From Octopus sinensis (lineage: Eukaryota): a DNA stretch of 64,000 nucleotides. This document shows, piece by piece, positions 1-13,232 of this stretch; the first letter of the stretch is position 1, and each line of letters opens with the position of its first letter. Position numbers and translations under genes: made by a program. The DNA lies in the NCBI RefSeq assembly GCF_006345805.1, contig NC_042999.1, positions 32,860,001-32,924,000 of the forward strand, in the 5' to 3' direction. The notes beneath the pieces were generated by a model, which saw only the letters and a list, made by a program, of their open reading frames with translations, searched no databases and had not been told where the DNA came from.

Positions 1-1923
1 CATACTCGTTCTTCTAGATATCGTATTTTGTGATTGAACTGATTTAATTATTCCAAAAATTAATTTCCTTAGATTTAGATCATTAATTTAGAAATCCGCC
101 ATTTTATCATTTGAAAATGTCTCACTAAAATATTATACCTTGAATATAGACACCGACTGAAATTTTAGCAGACGGAAACATGGAATTACTTTTACAGAGC
201 AAAAATTATAAATTCTGCTACAGATGATTTGGAGATGTTTTTCACTTTAAGTATTTCTCTACACAACTACATAGAAACCTTTCAACTTGTGTAGCAACAT
301 GCTGAATCACAGAATGATGCAAAATTTCGCATTCATTCTACAATTTAAATGTGTGTCACCTATAGTAGTATCCGTTTCTAAATACATTTCACGGAAAATG
401 TTTGCTTGTCAAGTTCGCCACACCGAGGATATATTTGGTTTTCTGCACACAAAATAAGGATTTTACGTCCCAACTTAGTCAATAGCCTGAACATGGGGGT
501 CACCTTTCTGAATCTGATGTAATGGCTATTCTGAAAAAATTATCCAAGACGCTACACAAGGAGTTAATCTAAATAAAACATTCCAAATGCATCCATATGT
601 GTAATGTTAGGATTGTATTGAGAATGAAGTTGAGTGCTCAGACGAATTGAAAATATATATTATGTCCTTATCAATAAGTTGACCTGTCAAATCACAGGAT
701 ATTGAACATCTTCCACCATTACCATTATATTTATTAATGCACACCGGAATCAAATTCTTCATAGCTCAAAAACCAATGATGCAAAGTATATATCAGGATA
801 CCGTATGAAAAACTTTCCAGTGTATGAATGTTGAGTGTGTGGGTGTGCTTGTAATTGTATATCTATCGTATATATATATATGTTTGTGTGTGTACGTGTG
901 TGTGTGTGTGTGTGTGTGCGTGTGAGTGTGTGTTTGTGCGTCTGTGTGAGCAAGTGTATGTGTGTGTGTGTGCGAGTGTATCGAAATCATACTTTTAACA
1001 AATTGGTTCTTTTAGTGTTAAAGCCCCAATGGAAAACACATTGTGATACAGTAACGAAAAAACATTAGTCATTATTTATACGCTGAAAGGAATACTAAAT
1101 TACATTGTATGCACACAAATTTACACGAAAATACGTGTATAGTTAAACATACCTACATACAAACACTCACACGCACATATATACATACATATATGTGTGC
1201 CTGTGTGTATAAATGTGTGTGTTCCTGCATACACACCCATATTATCATATATATGAGAGATAAATAGAGGTAACGCATATGTTTGAAATTGTAGATGTAA
1301 TAGAAACATCCATTGGCTATCGTATTTTCATGAATAAATCTCTGACTAGGCTCTGTAATGATTATACACATCCGTACAGTGTTATTCTATAATTACATTG
1401 GTAAAGAATTAGCAGGATTCATTAGCATAAAATGCTACAAAATGTCATTGAATTAATATTACAATCAGCACTCTTATCATACTATCTGTTATCATTCTCA
1501 TATAAATGTGTAACTTTGTGTGTGTGTGTTTGTGTGTGCGAAAGAGAGTGTTGTATGGACGCCCCCCAGACGATGAAGTAGACTAGCCCAATAAGTAGAT
1601 GTAGCGGGAGAAATTTAGACGTCAAGCGGAGTTGGGTTAAGTAGAATGCATCCGAACGTGCGACATAACAGCAATATATATATATATCATTTTTGCTTTG
1701 GTTAGTAAGATTCTTTATTTGAGTTCTTGTGTTGAAGCATATTCCGTTGTATATGGGGAAAGTCATTTCCTTGTTGTGCCTTATAATGTAACACACTCAC
1801 CGGTAAAATTTCCAGTTATTTCTTATTTTTATTTTCCTAAAATTTTCGTTGCGTCCTGCAACGTTTTCAATAGTTTTGACTATAAGGCACAAAAAGACAA
1901 TGACTCTCCCCAGACACAACAGT

Positions 1924-1948
1924 TTATATATATATGTATATATATATA

Positions 1949-2029
<81 letters not shown>
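1924..2029. repeat. (TA)n microsatellite abutting a PLE-derived element
   Basis: Direct reading; followed immediately by aagggaagctttatga, the end of the element at 2030. Confidence 0.95.
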
Positions 2030-2032
<3 letters not shown>

Positions 2033-2215
2033 GGAAGCTTTATGAACATAAACAAAAGACGAAGGCAGGTGGAATACAAACAAACAATTGTATTAGTATA
2101 GCGCTCAGGAATATAAATAAAACAAGTCTTTTACGTTTCGAGCCTACGCTCTTCAACAGAAAGATACACAGAAACGAAACACAGAAAGAAACAAGGAGAG
2201 AAAAAAATATATATA
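2030..2215 (-). mobile_element. Penelope-like terminal-repeat (pLTR) fragment, family H1
   Basis: Near-identical to 5371-5540 and related to 56238-56400; contains a minimal HHR on the minus strand; flanked by TA repeats. PLE identity is inferred from the known association of minimal HHRs with PLE terminal repeats. Confidence 0.7.
2127..2164 (-). ncRNA. Minimal type I hammerhead ribozyme motif, variant core CUGUUGA
   Basis: Minus strand reads UCUUU-CUGUUGA-A-GAGC-GUAG-GCUC-GAAAC-GU-A-AAAGA: 5-bp stem I, 4-bp stem II, palindromic ACGU in place of stem III. Confidence 0.7.
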
Positions 2216-2515
2216 TATACATTCCCACCTAGTCCTTTTTTAGTTAAATCATAAAGATCGTATGATAAAAAAGTAGCATATATATTGAAAGATTCCTAAA
2301 AACGGGTAATTTTAAGAAGATATTTATAAAGGCTTCTTTAATTTCATGATTTGATTTCTGCTTGATAATGTTCATGTCCTTTTAATACCAGATATATAAG
2401 GTAAGAATTTATAAAATGCAAAGTATTGCGATATAACAGTGGCAACGAGGATTTCGTAGCTCACACAGCCACTGTGTAGTATTGCGACATAATAGAGAGA
2501 GAGAGAGAGAGAGAG

Positions 2516-2562
<47 letters not shown>

Positions 2563-3325
2563 GAGAGGCTACCCAACATTTTCGAAGTAAACTAATAAAA
2601 ATTATATTCATTTTCTTACAATTCGCCGTTTGCCATCAAATATTACCAGCTACTTTTAACAATAGCAGATCTGACTTTGATCTGGATTTCTAATAAAATT
2701 TCAGCTCGTATTCAGTTTGATCTGCCGGTGTGGCTGCGTTGGTTTAAGTTGGAAAGCTAAAGCAATATTATACCACAGAGTAATATTTGATTCCCAGACT
2801 CAAAATGTTTACATTGTTTACTTTTAAGAACAACATATGCATAGTGGTTATGCCTAACATTTCTTTCAAAGGGTTACCGTAATTGTATTGATGAAATTTT
2901 GTGTTTGACACCACACTATCTCTCTTTTCCCTATTATTTGTATCAGTGCTTAGGAGTATAATCAATAGAATATGAAATGAATGAATTATCCAGGAGAGTT
3001 TTATTCATTAGCTGTCCATTGACAAATTCTTCGTCCAATAAAGAAAATTAAAACTCTGTATTGTTAGATTAAATGTCAAGAAATTGTTATTAAATATGAT
3101 TAGTATAATATTGAAAAAGAAATAGTGAAAAGTAACTTCGTTTGGGGGACTTTATATCCCGAACGACAGCAGAACTATGCAATCTAGACAGTAGTCTGAT
3201 GAGATACATGTCATTTCGGTATTTAAAAAAAAAACTGGACAGTAAGTTTCTCTGATTCCACTTCAGGAATATACCCAGTATATCTACTGATATATTGGGT
3301 ATATTTGAAATGGAATCAATACACT

Positions 3326-3358
<33 letters not shown>

Positions 3359-3871
3359 ACACACACATATATATATATGTATATATATAATATTAATTCG
3401 AGACAAAATCACTATTTTGGAAAACAAACAAGGAAAGACTTAATCAATACATAAAAATTTTAATATAAATTAAATAAACCGCCACTACAATTGTTTCATG
3501 TCTTCAAATGACATTCGTCAGGTGGATTTCCGATCTAAAATATCAATATTTTAAAATATAAGTTTAAAATAATAAAATTGTCAATGAAAAAATATAAATA
3601 TATATAATCTATATATAATCTATATATAATCTATATATAATCAATATATAATCTAAAATAAACCCTATAAACAATTGAATATAAAGAAACCTATTATTAA
3701 AGTTCTCATATTTAAAGATGTACAAAAAACACAAAACAAAAACCAAAAAACAGCCAAATACTTCAACACATTACTTATTCATACCCCGCACACACACATA
3801 CAACCCACATTCATAAACAATATACATATACCCGGTCACACATAAATTTGGATTTATTCCCTAATATTTAT

Positions 3872-3929
<58 letters not shown>

Positions 3930-5370
3930 TGTTATCTTCTCATATCCTTTAACAAGATTTTGCTCAGTCAAGATAATTGAAAAATATGAATAACAATCGG
4001 TTTGTTTAATTAATTTTGCTACATTACTTTATCACAAAAGCAACCAGAGTGCAATCACTTTTCAATATAAACGTGTTACATGTTTCTTTGATTGGACGTG
4101 TTTCTCCACAAATAACATTTATTCATATAAATGAATACGTAATCTATATACGTATATAAATAGGTAAATACATGCATATTTACATGCTTACATACACACG
4201 TGACTTTTTCTCCGCGATGGGGAACAAACGTTATGCACTTTTGTAGAGAGTTCAAAAGAAACTGAAGTGGATTCTCAAAGTCCTAGCTATTACTGACACA
4301 ATGAAACATTCTAGAACATTCCAAAGTTTCTGTACCTGAGGTTGTTTAGGCGAACAGATAGATATACTTGGGGATATGCATCGACGTATCAGCCAACACG
4401 CTAACTCAACCACATAAATAAAATTACTTACACATCAGCTTTTCCGTACTGAATGGCCTGAAAACACCTATACACTTTCGACATCTCCATCCAAATGAAT
4501 TGATATTAACCGGCGTTCTTTTGTATTAATATGATCATGGGTTTTCTCCCCATTACATTATATTTATACTTGTGTTATGGCCTAATTTTGTATGTCATCT
4601 TTAACTGAATTCATTAGTCAGTCGTTATTTGGTTGATTAATATTAGATAGCTTAGTCTTAGGAGAATTCGTTTATGTCGTCTAAAATATTTACATTGCAG
4701 TTTTTGCAGTATTTAATTGTTAACGTGGTGTTCCAATGAATAAAAAAGATTTGTTATCTACTCATTGCAACACAGTGATAATTAAAAAGGAAATCTATAC
4801 TTCATAGCAACTTTACCTCCTACCAAGAAGTTTATTCGTGGAAAAACACTTCTAATCAAATGAGAAGAGAACAGATTCACGAATGGTACTTGAAAATACT
4901 GAATGTACTTAGTATGCACTTCAAGAAGTAAACACAGCTATCAAACAAAACTTAAGTGCCATATTTAACACATTTATATTGCAAAGTAATAGTACTCTGC
5001 TTGCCTTTGCGATAAAATAATTTAGCAAATTAATCAAACAAACAGATTAAATTTGTTCGTCAAAAGATTTCTATCTTACGTTGGCTGCAGTGTAAAGCGG
5101 TGTAATCATTTAAAAAATACATATAAATAATCAAACTTTTGCAATGATAATCGGCATAAATTTGCGCCAAATATAAAAATTTCAAAGTGATTTTACTAAT
5201 TGTTTTTAATTTGAACAAATTTTAATTTTAATTTAAAACTCGGACGTTTTCTGAAGTCATTAATTTTTTTAAAAAGTTTTCTACTAGAAATTCCTTCAAT
5301 GGAGTAATTATATAACTAATGCAATAAAAATTCAGATACATTATATGCGTAACGTATATATATATATATA

Positions 5371-5646
5371 ACGGGAAGGTTTACGAAAATAAAAACAAAA
5401 GACAAAGGCAGGTGGAGCACAAACAAACAAATGTATTGGTATGGCGCTCAGGAATAGAAATAGAACAAGTCTTTTACGTTTCGAGCCTAAGCTCTTCGAC
5501 AGAAAGATACACAGGAAAGAAACAAGGAGAGAAACAAGGAGAGAAAAAAAAGCGTGTAGGCGCTATTATGCATATATATATAAAGTCTTTTGTTTATTTC
5601 CGTAAACCTGCCTTCGTCTTTTGTCTATTCTCATAAAGCTTCCCGT
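5371..5646. mobile_element. PLE pLTR fragment (family H1) with inverted terminal copies, between two TA tracts
   Basis: 5371-5540 matches 2030-2200; 5585-5608 and 5606-5646 are reverse complements of the element end. Confidence 0.75.
5470..5507 (-). ncRNA. Minimal type I hammerhead ribozyme motif, variant core CUGUCGA
   Basis: Minus strand reads UCUUU-CUGUCGA-A-GAGC-UUAG-GCUC-GAAAC-GU-A-AAAGA. Confidence 0.7.
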
Positions 5647-6349
5647 TATATATATATATATACATATATATATATACACATACACATTCACACTCATGTT
5701 TTTGCGTTCAATTATGAAATGAGATGATGTAGGAACGCTGGAGTCCTTGAACAACATGGAAAATATTGCATTTCATTTTTTGGGACATATTAGCTCTAGA
5801 ACATTCGCAGTTGCAGATAAACTAAACATATCAGGATTTTGGCCATATATTTCGTATTTCTCGGCCGTAATTCTACGAGTACACTTTCTATGCAAATTTA
5901 AGTTTATGGTTAATAAATCAGGACTAGCTGAAGTAACAAAAAAATCACGAAAGATTATGGACTGATGCATGCACGATATCTCTGACGGGTATATGTCATT
6001 GGCAGACCTAGTCGGGGGTGGCTTTCTATAGTGATGCTAGTGAGAGTTATTCATTTTTAACGCAATATTTTCGATTTGAATATAACAAATGATGAAGACT
6101 ACATTGCGGCGGTAATGAAAATATCCCCATATTTTTCAGGTGATACAAACTATCAAGCCATTTCCCTATCACAATATATATGCGAGTATATACGTACGTG
6201 TGTGTGTGTTGTGTATTTCATCTGTATATAATGATAATTCCATAAACACCATTAGTAAAATTTTACCTAAAATCTCCAGGAAGGTAAAAAGATAGAGAAA
6301 GAACATGCTGACTTCACTTCAGCTTAGATACTAAGATATCCGGAAGAAA

Positions 6350-6735
6350 GACTTGCTACAGATTTTGCTTGTCACTGTTTTCAGTTCATGAAAGAGCACC
6401 TGCAAAAATGAGATTGCCAGTTCCTCTACCAGATGTATAAAGAATATTGCTCAGAAATAATGAGGATATGTATGTCTCTCAATGAACAACATATGAGGAC
6501 AACATTGATAGAATTCTTTTCATTGTGCACCAATGTTCACTTTGCAAATGCATTGCTTTATACTGAAGTATTTCCCTTGGAACATTAGTAAAATATAATG
6601 GCAAAGAAAAAGTGAGGGAAAAGTTGAAGATCATTTGAACGTTTTCAAAGAAGAAACACTTGGGCGTGTTTATGTTGTCACACCAAAGGCAAGAGAACTG
6701 TATTACATAAGAATTTTATTGCATAAAGTCCGAAA
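6350..6735 (+). mobile_element. Helitron Rep-helicase linker remnant (stops and frameshifts)
   Basis: Translated pieces FSVHERAPAKMRLPVPLPD, TTLIEFFSLC, ALLYTEV and LGRVYVVTPKARELYYIRILLHKVR match the Helitron RepHel pattern HER.PAV.RL.VHLP / LGRVY.V.P...E.F.LRLLL..V. Confidence 0.8.
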
Positions 6736-7893
6736 TAGTATTTTACCTTTTGCCCTCGTGCATCGGCATTTTCACTTTGGTGCGGTTGCGACCCAACATA
6801 TCACGGTAGATAAATCTAGTATATATACAAAAATATATACATATGTTTGTGTGTGTGTGTGTATCAGCTTGTGTGTTTTTATGTGTGTATGTTTGTGTAT
6901 AATTAATTTTTGATGTTTATCATGTCCATAAGTTTTCTAATGTAGTGACACTTTATGAGAGAATTGTTTATTGGTATATTCCTTCTTTGTACATCTAGTC
7001 ACTTGAAAGTAGAATGTTCCATCATGTTTGAGCATAAACTACCCAAATTTGTCATGGGTGGTGGGAGGATGGAAATTTCTCCGTGGTGACATAATTTTAG
7101 TATCTAGCCACTGACTGAAATATTTAATGGCATTCTTCGCAACCTCTGTTACAAGGTTTTATCATATGAATTCAACTATGTTACATACTTGCGATAAAAT
7201 GTTAAGAAATCTCTTAATACAAAATCCACTACACACAAACAACTGTTCTCGATATCATGCCCTGTGATTATATTAACCGTGTCATTACCCTCACACTACC
7301 CACACGTTTTGACTTCTGTACAGTCCACCTTCTTTTACCTATCTCCACATAACATTATCCTTACTATTCACACACTCATATAGGCAAAGAATCTTTTACT
7401 TAAGTCCATTGACCTTAAAGCGCATGACCCTACTTGAAATGACTTTTTAAAACATATTATTATTTTCCCCTTTTTTGCAGTAAACTTCATACCGTTATTG
7501 TTTATGAGTAACATTACTTTCTATGTACATAGTAGGCTTATTGTCATTGAGCCTACTAGATTTCAATGCTGTTAAGACAATTGAAATGAATTTTTAAAAC
7601 ATTTCAACATTTTTCACTTTTTTGTAATTACTTACTTTATGTGTAACCCCTATACTTCATTCTCATTCACCCAAGTATATTAGGAATGTTGTTTAAACAA
7701 TTTGTTTGAAAATATTGTAGTCTAGACTTTCTATAGACTCACATTCCTCCGCGTCACCTGAAATATTACACGATAGACTTCTGTGTACAAAGATCACACA
7801 GAGCACGATATCTAATTACCTTACCCCTTTTGGTTTTATATTGCGTTGACCTAAAATTAACAGTTTTTTCTTCGGAATGAAAAAAAGAAAGTA

Positions 7894-8375
7894 CCGTAAA
7901 TCCTCGAGTATAGTCCGCCCTAGTGTATAATACGCAGGGGATTTTTAGGGGGCTGTACCTCTGAAAAAATCTAAACCTTGTGTATAATACGCACCCCTTC
8001 TTTAACTTGAGTCAAGGAGTTCTATATACCGTCCTTGCTTTGTAAAAATCTATACGGTAACATCCTTTATTATTATTGTACATATAACATGATGTAAGCA
8101 TGTAGTATTTTTGTGCATTTTGTTTGCAGTTAAATAAAGAAATAACAGTAATAACGTTGAATAAGTGTTGCTAACTGCATGTTAAGCATGATTTAAGTTT
8201 GTTTCGCGCCCGACATCACAAAATGCGTCTGAATAAATATTGCCGGACTGCAAATAGAGACTCGGACATTGCTTAGAAAATAATTTTCATTCTTAACATC
8301 GTATATAGTATGCACTAGGGATTTTGACCTTTAAATTGTGGGAAAAAAATGTGGATTATATTCGAGGATTTACGG
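7894..8375. mobile_element. Non-autonomous Tc1/mariner-superfamily MITE (Tc2/pogo-like CCGTA ends), 482 bp
   Basis: TIRs CCGTAAATCCTCGAGTATAGTCCGC and GTGGATTATATTCGAGGATTTACGG, with TA on both sides; no ORF. Confidence 0.85.
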
Positions 8376-9019
8376 TAGATTTAATACATAAGAAAACTCT
8401 TTAACATGGGTGTCATTGGGATTTTGGATCTTCACTGATGTAACTCCCAAGATTTGCGCACACACAGTCACATGAATATATATTTCCGTGTGAACCGTGC
8501 TAAAAATAAAGTTAAAATCCACTAGAGATGGCACATATGTTTTAAACATATTACCTGGTGAGTTGCAGATATAATTTGTGTCATACGAATACACAAAACA
8601 AACCGTCCCTGCATATAAAGTGTCGCAAAAATTTAACGTCTTTCTCATGCTGAGATTAGTCAGACTCAAACAGTCAGAGTTAATATATAGAGATAGGTAC
8701 ATATACTTCCTATGATATTGCTGCAGATTAGAATGTGAAAGACTAGATTAGAATGCTTTGTGATGTTTTCTCGGAAAAATAAAACCTTTTCCATTGGATT
8801 TATGTTTTAAAATACATCAAACAGAACGCCATGTGATATGAGAGGTTTACAGACATCGAGTCTGAACACACATCACCAAATATATTTTCTCATTTCTGAA
8901 ATATTTAACACATGTTGATTCGTCACCTGCTAATAAACGGCAAACTTCTGCCGAACAGATTGTTGAGTTTAATCATTTGACGTCATTGGGAACTAGATAC
9001 CATATGTTTTTACATACAA

Positions 9020-9812
9020 GGACTATACGGCGACGTCTTTTCTCTGCGACAATATCCTGTAAATGAGCTTTGCGTTCGAATGTATAGAAATATGTTAAAA
9101 ATAAATGTACACATCAATGCAGTGATCCTCTCTGTTCTTGTGCTCTAGTAGCATATGCCCTAACATAAAGCGAATGAGAAAATCAAATATGAACATAAAG
9201 AGTCCCATCACTCCCATCAAAAACTTGATACGGATAATCAATATTAAAAATTACAATACCATAACTAAAAGATTTCGAGGATGTCTTACAACAGTTCAAT
9301 TAAAAATTACGAAACCTAAAAAGAGATGCAGGGCAATAATATAGTTCTTCAACTTTCTTTTTTAATATTAAGGCTAACATAGGAAAACATTTCCGGGCAT
9401 AATTAGATGGTAATAGATGCTCAGTGACAATATCATACAGCTCTCCGAATACTAAGGTCATTATCACTCTCAAATCATATTCTGAAGCCCACTTCTATTT
9501 GTAACCTTTTTGAACCTGAAGCTGTACACTGAATCAAGCAGTTTTGGTAAACTCAGTCGCTTAGGAAGCTGACACCAAGCAGTACTCCAAATAACATAAT
9601 CGAAAGCAAAAGTTATGTGGGTTTAATTGAATACTAAAAATATACAAGGATATATAGGTATATAGATATATTAACATACTAATAATAGAATATATACAAA
9701 AAACGTTTTTTTTGTTTAAATCAAAATATGGTATAGTAATAGGGATTAAAAAGAGTTTTGTAATACATGTTAGAAACAATAGAGTGTACCCCCAATTGTT
9801 TGTAGAGTTCAT
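9020..9812 (-). pseudogene. Possible decayed multi-pass membrane protein (chemoreceptor/GPCR-like); unverified
   Basis: The frame of ORF 9561-9812 (MNSTNNWGYTLLFLTCITKLFLIPI...) continues about 210 codons with 5 stops and is hydrophobic. T-rich DNA can mimic this. Confidence 0.2.
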
Positions 9813-12800
9813 TTGTCCGAATTACAGAGGAATCTTAACATTCATTCCCAAAGAATTCCCCATTCTCAGGGAAAAATGAAAATTATGTTTACTCTAGATA
9901 TGCGTTCAGTTCTTGACGAAGGTGTGATAAAATTGGATGCATTTAAACGTTCAAATCAGGCAGATTACGATTAACACATACATATAAGCGTTTAGTTAAG
10001 ATAAAATAAAGATTGTCTGAACTGAAACAAATATTCCATTCTATCCACTGCACTTACCTAACGTCTCCGTTTCTACTTGAGCACTTCTACGCTATCTATG
10101 TGTTTTCTCCATAATGTTTTCTTCTGTTTCTTAACGAATGTTATTATTTGGAAGGCAGGAATAATTACGTAAAGTCTATTTAAGATGCATAAAATAGTAT
10201 TTTAATATAAAATCGTTAGAAACACATATTTGCAAATCCAAAGATCACACTTTAATTATAACGGTATCTTGCACTTTAACAAGCAATGTAGATAAATTAA
10301 CCACTATTATCGGATGAAAATGATGAGAAAATGATAATGGAGCCATGAAACTAAAAGGTTTGCTGAATCAGTCCGACGATATAAAAATTTGAATTCCAGA
10401 TTATTTAAGGGCATTTCATTTATAGTTGTTATGTTTGTATCTACTTACCATTTCATTTGAAGATTTACATCAAGCACTACAAGCCATGGAAAAAGGATCG
10501 CATTCAATTATTATCATATTTATTTGTAGATGCTAAGCCTACATTTAAAATATATGATTAAAATATCTTCCAATAGACGTTAAGAGTCCGTGCAGTTTTC
10601 TGTTCAGAATATCTATAAAACTTACGAAAGATGGAAAGACTTATATAAGTTGTGTGATAATGATAGTTCATGGTAACTGAGTGTTTATCAGTTTGATTTA
10701 TAAATATTTTACTCGTATATAAGAATGATATACAATTTAGCTGACAGCTTCATCATGCTGCTTCTGCTGGTTTTAAATAACGATTACGTGAAGATTAATA
10801 ATAAGTTGAATTTTAAATATAAAGTTAAAATCCAATTTATATAATGACATTTTCAGACGTTTTTTCTGTTTATTCCTGATATAAAAGTATAGATGTGTGA
10901 AAATATTTTGCTTTTTCTCAAATATATATTCATGAGATCTGGCAAGTTGTTATTACACTTAAATATCAATAAAATAAAACGACGAGTGCGTTAATAGTTA
11001 AAATGGTATTACAATAGGATTGGTGGTGCTTTAGAAATTTAATTTTCGAATAAAGCAGATGTTACATCTGCCCTCACTAACACACACTTTGCATTAGACT
11101 GTGTCAGAATTTTGCTGAAATGCAATTTATTCTAAAAAACTAGATAAACCAAACAAATTTGAAATATATAGCAATTAAAAATTAAAAGATTATAGTGTGA
11201 TGGATATCAATATATTTAAAGCTTGGAGTATGAAACTGAAGATTCAAGAAATAAGTATGCGAGGAAAAGATAGCATATACTATTCCACAGGTTTACTATA
11301 AACAAAATATGGTCCAGAAATGTATAAACCCTTGCTTTCAGGGGTTTCCCCATTTCATTGCAGGATCGGAAATATTTTGCAAATTTGGAATTGTATACGT
11401 ATATAACTGAAATATGAACCTACTATACATCAGAACTTGGTTAAATATATAAGAATTTTATATAGATTATATCTGTATGTAATTTTAAATTAAATATAGT
11501 GGAATATTCTTTTACGAAATTTTGTTTGGAAAGGAAGGCCTGTATATTTCTTATTTTATAGATAAATTGAACTCACTCTTTCTTCTGTAGCTACAGCATT
11601 ACTTTCGGCTATTTAAGTCAATTACTGGCTTGTCAATTTGTAAGTCTATTGGAGATAATGTAAAATAACAAGAAATAATAAAATGGAGAGGAATATTTTT
11701 CCATAGACTCAGCCGTTACACATTGGTTGAATTTATCTTTATATTAGTTTCCTTTTGTTATGAATATTAAATTAAAATATTAGTGAGTATGTAATTTTTT
11801 AATGATCAGCGGGAACTCTGAATTGAATTATTTCCCCAAGTGTCTATAACAAATTTATAATGATATTTTTCTGAAGCAGATACGTGAATATTGCCTAATA
11901 TTTTCCTGTTGTGTATTTCAAATTAGGTGTCCGTAATTATCATTTCTATTCGTTTCAGAGTTTATGAAATATGAGCTAGTTATGATTATACATACTTTAC
12001 GAGAACTGTTACCACACTTATTAAACCTTGTTAACATCACATATTGTATTCTGATTTATAATTTCACCTGTAAAGTTTATGGTAATCAATTGTGTCTGAT
12101 TTGTCTGGCCGTTTTAAATTACGGGGTTGTAGTTGGTATAGACGTCTAAATGAAACGACATTGTGCATGTCCTTTATGGAACCTCTGGAGAAATGTCTTA
12201 AACGTTCACTTTAATTTTTTGAAAGCCAATATCAACAAACAGATCACGGGCATGGAGGACATTCCACATGGCTTATAGTATAAGACGGAAGAATTCATCA
12301 TAATTATTAGTGCAGAGTTGAAGGGAACTGGAACTCCTGAAGTTACGAGGTACTGAAGAAACGTAAGTGTGGCTATCGCTAAGTAACAATAACAATTATA
12401 GGGGCAATAGAAACACTAGAAATGGAGGTCGGTACAACTGCGATCCAGAGCCTGGAGTGTGTATATTAGTGACAGAATGCCAATTAGTATAGTTACCCTC
12501 TCTTACACGCAGACGAAGGTGTATATTTGTATAATAGCGGCACCGTCTCAGAAATGAGACTGGTATTGCAATGCAGAATACATTAGACCATTGAATATAT
12601 CAAAGACCGTATTTTGTACTGATCATCACCAAACGGTACAAAACAAAGTCTAATGTATTGGGTGTTGAAGGGGGTCAAGAATACTCCAATAAAAGTTTTT
12701 AATACAAGCTTATTCCATTGATATTATCTTTTTACATACAATTTTTGAAAATCAACGTCAACAAAAATAAACATTGAAAAGGAAAAAATTCTACAGAACT

Positions 12801-12989
12801 TATAATCTATACAAAAGAGCTCATGATAATGATTAGTGTATTGCGTAGTTCAATGGATTGGATGATTCAAGTGCTACGAGAGACTGAATGAAGACTCGTT
12901 TCAGAAGCACCTGCATTTTTAAGACGAAAACTGAAGCTACAATCAAGTAACAACAGCCATACAGCCATCATAGTATCAATAGAAGTCTA

Positions 12990-13056
12990 GAGTCTGTCTA
13001 CCTTATGTGAAAGGCCTCTCCGAAGAGATACAGAAGATATGCGGCCATATGACATC
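12990..13056 (+). repeat. 67-bp exact copy of Penelope ORF segment 16819-16885
   Basis: gagtctgtctaccttatgtgaaaggcc...gcggccatatgacatc is identical at both sites. Confidence 0.9.
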
Positions 13057-13119
13057 GAAAGATGACTTGTGTGATTATATTTCATATAACTTTGTAGTTT
13101 GGTATATTTCATTTTATTT

Positions 13120-13232
13120 TAGGTTGTTGTTGTTGTTCTTCTTCTTCTTCTTTCTTCTTCTTCTTCTTGTTGTTGTTGTTGTTCTTCTTCTTCTTCTTCT
13201 TCTTCTTCTTCTTCTTCTTCTTCTTCTTCTTC
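13120..13232. repeat. (TTG)n/(TTC)n compound microsatellite
   Basis: Direct reading. Confidence 0.95.
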
